64,000 nt of DNA from Firmicutes bacterium UBA3546. Its GTDB lineage: Bacteria; Bacillota; Clostridia; Tissierellales; Proteiniboraceae. The stretch covers positions 48,250 through 112,249 of the forward strand of contig DFOH01000041.1 of the NCBI GenBank assembly GCA_002376545.1, in the 5' to 3' direction. Shown here piece after piece: positions 59,301-64,000 of the stretch. The position numbers were made by a program, and so were the translations under genes. The notes beneath the pieces were generated by a model that saw only the letters and a program-made list of their open reading frames with translations, ran no database searches and was not told the origin of the DNA. Every line of letters starts with the position of its first letter. Position 1 is the stretch's first letter.

Positions 59301-60435
59301 TTTTAATTTCCTGGTAAAGCTCTCTTTCCTTATCTAGCTTTATATTTAGAGAATCATTTTTTTGATTTTTTTCTTTACTAAGCTCCTTTAAACCTTCTTC
59401 TAATTTAGCTAATTCTACCTTGATGTTGTAGCTATCATGCTTTTCCAGTTCTCTTTTCTTTTCTTCTAGGGTTTTTTGTCTTATTTCAAGGTCCGTTATT
59501 CTTTTATCTGCCTCATCATGTTGTTTCTGGAATTCTTCTTTTTTAGTGGTAAGTGCGTTTTTCTCCTTTTTAATATTTCTTAAAATTTCATTTGATTTAG
59601 TAAAATCCTTAGATTTTTCAAGCAATACAAATCTATTATATTGATCATAGGATTTTTCAAGCTGTTCTGCTGCTTTCAAGCTAGTTTTCAAGTCCTCAAG
59701 CTTCACCTTTATATTATCCATATTCTCTATGGCCTCTGACATTGGTCTTAAGTCCTCATCAGATAAAGGCTGTAAAGAATTCTCCATTATTTCATAGACT
59801 ACTGTTGGTTTAAAATCCTTTGAAAGCTTAGGGGTTCTGAGCTGAATAAGCAGCTTTATAAGCTCATCATAATCATCTATATTATCAAATCCAAATAAAT
59901 ATCTATTAACTAAGGACATATATTGCTTCTGGTCATCTGCTACTTCTCCGCCGTTTTCTATTCTATTTTTAAGTTCTTTTTTGCTTAAGGGTACTTTTCC
60001 CCCTACATTTTTATATAGGAAAAGCTCTTTTCCTATTCTCCTCCCGTCGCTTATGACAAAGCCCCAGGAATTTAAGCCTTTCCCTCTTTTAGCATTAAGT
60101 CCCATCCCAATAGTTATATACTTTTCACTGTCCTGCTTTTTAAATTCCATGTATATATAGCCTGTGCTTTCATCTTTTCCTGTGTCTTCTTCTCCTAGGA
60201 GATAGTTCTCCATTTTTCTAGCTCTAGAGCCAAAGGGGTCTAGTCTTTCTGGGCTTTTGTTTCCATCTAGTAAAAGAGGTATAAAGCTCTGCATTGTTAC
60301 AGATTTTCCTGAACCATTTGAGCCTCTTAGTAGTAGCTTTCCGTACAAAAAATCGAACTCTTCTTCATCGTAATACCAGAAGTTTATGAGTCCTGCTCTG
60401 TTCATCATCCATTTATCATTATACATCTTCTTCAC
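56291..60435 (-). pseudogene. jetC: Wadjet JetC SMC-like ATPase, interrupted by a +/-1 frameshift near the T5/A5 run at ~59073-59077
   Basis: The N-terminal ORF (59047-60435) has Walker A LLLRGSNGSGKSV plus coiled coil. The C-terminal ORF (56291-58948) has coiled coil, ABC signature FSGGEKA and Walker B IISLDEAFAGVD. The downstream frame stays open up to 59122, so both frames are open across 59047-59122. Confidence 0.7.
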
Positions 60436-61576
60436 TCTCCTTATGGGAGTCTAGGAAATCCTGCGGGTATTTTCCTATGATTTTTCCTGCCATGGGCATT
60501 ATTTTCACTTCATTAAAGTCTTCATTTATCTCTATCATGCTATAGTCCTTCATATATGACACAATATTTTCACAGAGCTTTTCTTCCTTCATTTCCCTAT
60601 ATTCCTTGCTCCAGCCAAAGGAGTTTTTCTCCTTTAGTTCTCTAGTTAAAGCATTAAAGCCTTGTATGGATATGCTTATGATGTCATTAGCTTCCTTATT
60701 TAGTTTTCCTTCCCTTAACTTCTCTAGGATTAATCCATTAGTTTGCAGCACAATATCACTGATGGTCTTGTTTTCTGGAAAGGCCTTTTTATAGTTTTTG
60801 TCTTCACTAAGCACCAGAAGTGCCCCATTCTTGTGAACATGAAGCTCTGAATCAAAATATTTGTCAACATCTGCTTGTATCATATTTCTATAATTTTTTA
60901 CATATAGATAATCCTGATCCTCCACTCCTTCGTTATATATGGCAGGAGACATTATAATCCTTCTATATACTCTATTTCTTCTAATTCTTCCTCTGTCTCT
61001 ATCTATATCAATCCATTCATCATTTTCAAAGTCTTCTAATGAGCTGTAGTCCATTATATTCCCTGTGAAATTTCTTACAAAATAAGTAGATATTCCTGTA
61101 TTTTCATACAGTACCTCTGAATCCTCCGTATTAGTAAAATCATATTCGTCCTCATCATTAATTTTTATAATTCCCATGTTTACTAAAAATTTCATTACAT
61201 TAATAAGGTATTTTCTATGTCTATATAATGTCCAGTCAACCTTTTCTTCTCCTGGAAATGTGGCTTCTATGAATTCCGTTACCTCTGATAGTAAAAATTG
61301 CTCTTCTCTTCCCTTATCTTCTAAAAACATAAGCATTAGGCACAGAAAGCTGTACTCCATCTTATCTTCAAAGTCCTCTATTCCCATCCAGCTTTCGCTT
61401 TTGCCAGGCATTTTTTCCAGCTTTACTAGATAGGGGTTTACTATAATCTGATATCCTAGCTTCTCATATAAAAATGGTCTTATTTCCTGTAATGAATCTC
61501 TTGTTTTATAATAAAGCTCTTTGTCATTTTCTTTTAATATCCAATAATTCTCTAAAAGTAGGTCTAGTTCTTTCAT
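60419..61576 (-). CDS. jetB: Wadjet JetB (TIGR02678/DUF4194-like)
   Basis: 385 aa in the position and order of TIGR02678, between jetA and jetC, overlapping both. Confidence 0.55.
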   Translation of the reverse strand: MKELDLLLENYWILKENDKELYYKTRDSLQEIRPFLYEKLGYQIIVNPYLVKLEKMPGKSESWMGIEDFEDKMEYSFLCLMLMFLEDKGREEQFLLSEVTEFIEATFPGEEKVDWTLYRHRKYLINVMKFLVNMGIIKINDEDEYDFTNTEDSEVLYENTGISTYFVRNFTGNIMDYSSLEDFENDEWIDIDRDRGRIRRNRVYRRIIMSPAIYNEGVEDQDYLYVKNYRNMIQADVDKYFDSELHVHKNGALLVLSEDKNYKKAFPENKTISDIVLQTNGLILEKLREGKLNKEANDIISISIQGFNALTRELKEKNSFGWSKEYREMKEEKLCENIVSYMKDYSMIEINEDFNEVKIMPMAGKIIGKYPQDFLDSHKESEEDV

Positions 61577-63063
61577 AAGGCATTCTCCTGAGTAAACTTA
61601 ATTATATAATGAGGCATATTTAAGCTTCCATCCTCACTTTCTAGAGTACAATACTTGTTTTTATCTGGCAGTAATATTCTGTACTTTCTTCCGTCCTCAG
61701 TTTTTCCTTCTCCATTAGATGAATTGTTGCCTTTACTAAGCCACCTTAGCAAGGTTATCCTTACGTGGGATTCTATTTTAGGCAGCTTTCCAAAATCAAT
61801 GACATTATCCTTTACATAGCTATCTATTATTTTCTTTTCCTCGTCTCTTTTTTTCACTATTTCCTCTAGAACCTTTCTCTTGTTTTCTCTATTATCAGCT
61901 ATGCCGCTTCTACCCCTTGTTTCTCTATAGGTTCTTACTCTGGGCTTTATGATTACTTCATGAGGCTTTTCCTCGTATACACTGCTGTTTATGCTTTCCG
62001 TTTCTCTTATGATGTTTCCTTTTATATGTCTAGTGTTAAATATTCCAAATACCACTGATGAAAGCTTATTGGCTTCATCTATACTATTAACCTTCAGGAA
62101 CATTTCACATAGCTTTTTGTATTCCTCTTTTCTATTGGCTGCACTGTTTCTAGCTTCAACTATTTGAGACGCATATCTGGTTATTTTCCTTATTATTTCA
62201 TTTGTATTGTCAAATAGCTTAGATACTTCGCTGTCTATGCCTTCTTCACCTAAAAACCACCTTTTCAGGCTTTCCCATCTTCCAAAAATGTTTTCTTTTA
62301 TATTTTCTAGGCTTACTTCATTATCTAGTCTTGGAATAGAGCTTTCATATTCAAAAACCTTTTCTAAGACTTTTATTTCCTCTTGACTGTCTAAGTTCTT
62401 TAGTATTGCCTCTATGGCATAGGCATTTTGCTGGAGTCCCTTGATAAAATTTCTTAGATAGTCAATAAACTTATCCTTGAATACTAGAAATTCTCTTGTT
62501 CTCATCATTTCTTCTGCCTTTAGGGAATTTAAATCTCTTATATAGTCTTGATAGTTTTGATTTAGCCTTCTAAAGTCTGCATATAATGAACTCCACCACA
62601 TTCCTATTATGCTCGAATCTTCATCTACTATATCTTTAAATCTTTTAAGCTCGTTTTTAAGTCTTTCAAGAAGAGATGGCTCTAGGGATGCACTTTCAAC
62701 TTTTAAGTTCTCAAGCCTTATGGTCATACGCTCTATTTCTACGCTATATTCAGATAACTGGTATCTAAACTGTTTGTTTTTAAATTCCTCTACTGTAGTT
62801 GCCTTGGAAGTATCCTGTGCCGGAATAAGGTTTCCCCATTCTGCTAATGTATCCAAATCCTGTTTGCACATGTCCATATTGTACTCTAAGAAATATTCAT
62901 GCTTTTTTAGCTCATTGAACACTTCTTCTTTGTACATCCAATGCTTCATTTTTTCATATTGTAAATAGAAAAACCTAAGGATTGTCCTATATCTCCAAGC
63001 ATTTTCAGCAGATAAATATTTAGTTTCTGTTATTTGCTTTAAGAGTCTGTCATCTATTTGCAT
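61573..63063 (-). CDS. jetA: Wadjet JetA (TIGR02677/DUF3375-like, kleisin-like)
   Basis: 496 aa, first gene of the four-gene cassette. Confidence 0.55.
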   Translation of the reverse strand: MQIDDRLLKQITETKYLSAENAWRYRTILRFFYLQYEKMKHWMYKEEVFNELKKHEYFLEYNMDMCKQDLDTLAEWGNLIPAQDTSKATTVEEFKNKQFRYQLSEYSVEIERMTIRLENLKVESASLEPSLLERLKNELKRFKDIVDEDSSIIGMWWSSLYADFRRLNQNYQDYIRDLNSLKAEEMMRTREFLVFKDKFIDYLRNFIKGLQQNAYAIEAILKNLDSQEEIKVLEKVFEYESSIPRLDNEVSLENIKENIFGRWESLKRWFLGEEGIDSEVSKLFDNTNEIIRKITRYASQIVEARNSAANRKEEYKKLCEMFLKVNSIDEANKLSSVVFGIFNTRHIKGNIIRETESINSSVYEEKPHEVIIKPRVRTYRETRGRSGIADNRENKRKVLEEIVKKRDEEKKIIDSYVKDNVIDFGKLPKIESHVRITLLRWLSKGNNSSNGEGKTEDGRKYRILLPDKNKYCTLESEDGSLNMPHYIIKFTQENAL

Positions 63064-63262
63064 TTTTCCACCTTTTTTTATGATTTTATACTAATTATAA
63101 CATATATTGAAAGTGTGGTGCCTAGTTTGTTAGTTGTTTTTATAAGCATTGACAATATATTAGAAAGCTAAAAGTAATAATTAAGAGAATAGCAAAAAAA
63201 TTAAATCGAAGGGACAGGCATATTAATTTTGGCTTCAATCTCGGAAGGATAATTATTACAAC

Positions 63263-63310
63263 AAACAGAAAGAACAAGAGGTTAAATCTTTCCTCTTGTT
63301 CTTTCTGTTT
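63263..63310 (-). terminator. Strong terminator after the GNAT gene
   Basis: 19-bp stem aaacagaaagaacaagagg...cctcttgttctttctgttt followed on the minus strand by TTTGTTGT. Confidence 0.7.
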
Positions 63311-63337
63311 GATAGTGGTATTTCAGTTACCTCTTAT

Positions 63338-63811
63338 CTAAAGTGCCAATCTTGCAACAACTTCACCATCAGATATCTCTCCAGTTTCAACAAAACCAAA
63401 TGAAGCATATAGCTTTCGTGCTGCTTCATTTTGGGGAGCATATGAAAGAAATACAGAAACTGCATCTCCTTGTGGGAATGTTTTGATTAAATACAATGCT
63501 TTTGCAAATGCTTCTTTTCCATATCCTTTCCCTTGGAAATCCTTATCAATCATAAATCTACAGATTCCATAGCTTTCTTCTGAATAATCGCTCTCTTCAG
63601 CTGTATCGTGATACATCATCACGAATCCAATAACACTGTTGTCCTTACATATAGCGTATGTCATAGGTGGAAGTTCGTCATTCAATAATGCAACATATGA
63701 TTGTGCTAAGCTATACATGTTAGAAGCAATAAAATCATCTTGCTCATCTTTAACTCTAAGCCTTAAGCATGATTCCCAATTATCCCATGTGATCTTTTCC
63801 AAAGTAATCAT
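63338..63811 (-). CDS. GNAT family N-acetyltransferase
   Basis: 157 aa with motif A region RFMIDKDFQGKGYGKEAFAKAL. Confidence 0.7.
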   Translation of the reverse strand: MITLEKITWDNWESCLRLRVKDEQDDFIASNMYSLAQSYVALLNDELPPMTYAICKDNSVIGFVMMYHDTAEESDYSEESYGICRFMIDKDFQGKGYGKEAFAKALYLIKTFPQGDAVSVFLSYAPQNEAARKLYASFGFVETGEISDGEVVARLAL

Positions 63812-64000
63812 TCTTTTATCTCCTAAAAATATATTTAATCTTCTATAAGCTGCAATAATAAACCCCTAAGGTACTCCTCTTGGTGGAGTTTTTCTTCCTT
63901 TGTATTCTATGGTTTATCCATTTTCAGTATACAGTCTACAGCATAATAACTCAATCTCCAATTCATTTCAGAAGAGAAATAGTAAAGGAAGGTCATAAAT

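Noticed and set aside
56291-60435. Treating 59047-60435 and 56291-58948 as two separate genes
   Set aside because: Walker A sits only in the first ORF and the signature plus Walker B only in the second. The second frame is open for 175 nt upstream of its first ATG and overlaps the first frame at a homopolymer. This fits a single disrupted SMC-like gene, not two genes.
914-63848. About 60 track ORFs of 60-194 aa on the strand opposite to well-supported genes. Examples are 914-1123, 16939-17370, 18758-19342, 20141-20659, 30280-30750, 36769-37140, 57507-57929 and 58827-59135.
   Set aside because: All lie antisense inside longer conserved-family genes. They have low-complexity Ser/Leu/Phe/Ile-rich translations typical of AT-rich antisense frames, and I found no RBS or partner evidence.
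1-64000. CRISPR arrays, rRNA/tRNA genes and IS elements
   Set aside because: I found no regularly spaced direct repeats, no tRNA-like or rRNA-like GC-rich structured segments, and no transposase-like ORFs.

Overview
This is a low-GC Firmicutes (Clostridia-like) chromosomal window. Almost every gene from about 9.6 kb to 46.4 kb and from 47.7 kb to 63.8 kb is on the minus strand. The features I can support, in order along the window, are:
- (1) A lysA-like PLP decarboxylase heading an oppABCD oligopeptide ABC transporter operon.
- (2) A small HAD phosphatase, a Cys-rich 86-aa protein, a C_GCAxxG_C_C protein, oligoendopeptidase F and a membrane-anchored PAS-GGDEF diguanylate cyclase.
- (3) A roughly 14-kb, 11-gene minus-strand operon (11604-23671) driven by a candidate sigma-54 promoter. 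Its cognate PrpR-N/PAS/AAA+ enhancer-binding regulator (23930-25825) sits directly upstream. The operon carries a divergent PdxA paralog, TctC-TctB-TctA, an Fe-ADH, an amidohydrolase, a DSD1-like PLP enzyme, an Asp/Glu-racemase-superfamily protein, a canonical PdxA, a Tdh-like Zn-ADH and a DUF1537 four-carbon acid-sugar kinase. A decayed pmbA/tldE 3' remnant marks its distal boundary.
- (4) A candidate peptide-modification locus. Four tandem paralogous 29-41-aa lysine-rich small ORFs with strong RBSs are followed by a 12-bp-stem hairpin and then a four-gene operon: a 1030-aa GNAT fusion protein, an amidohydrolase-2, TldD and TldE/PmbA.
- (5) A class IV aminotransferase, two lipoproteins, an NfeD-flotillin pair, a GGT-family protein, and an M20 peptidase flanked by two roughly 90%-identical MFS transporter genes.
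- (6) An Lrp/AsnC regulator, a split short-chain ChrA pair and a partial glycine-reductase cluster (grdX-grdE-grdB-permease-grdA). GrdB and GrdA carry in-frame UGA selenocysteine codons that the ORF track splits.
- (7) A GntR regulator, then a four-gene Wadjet (jetA-jetB-jetC-jetD; TIGR02677-02680-like) SMC-family anti-plasmid cassette whose jetC is interrupted by a +/-1 frameshift at a T5/A5 homopolymer.
- (8) A terminal GNAT acetyltransferase.
I saw no rRNA, tRNA, CRISPR array, transposase or integrase. Coordinates that I derived by hand (small ORFs, hairpins, corrected starts) may be off by +/-1-3 nt.
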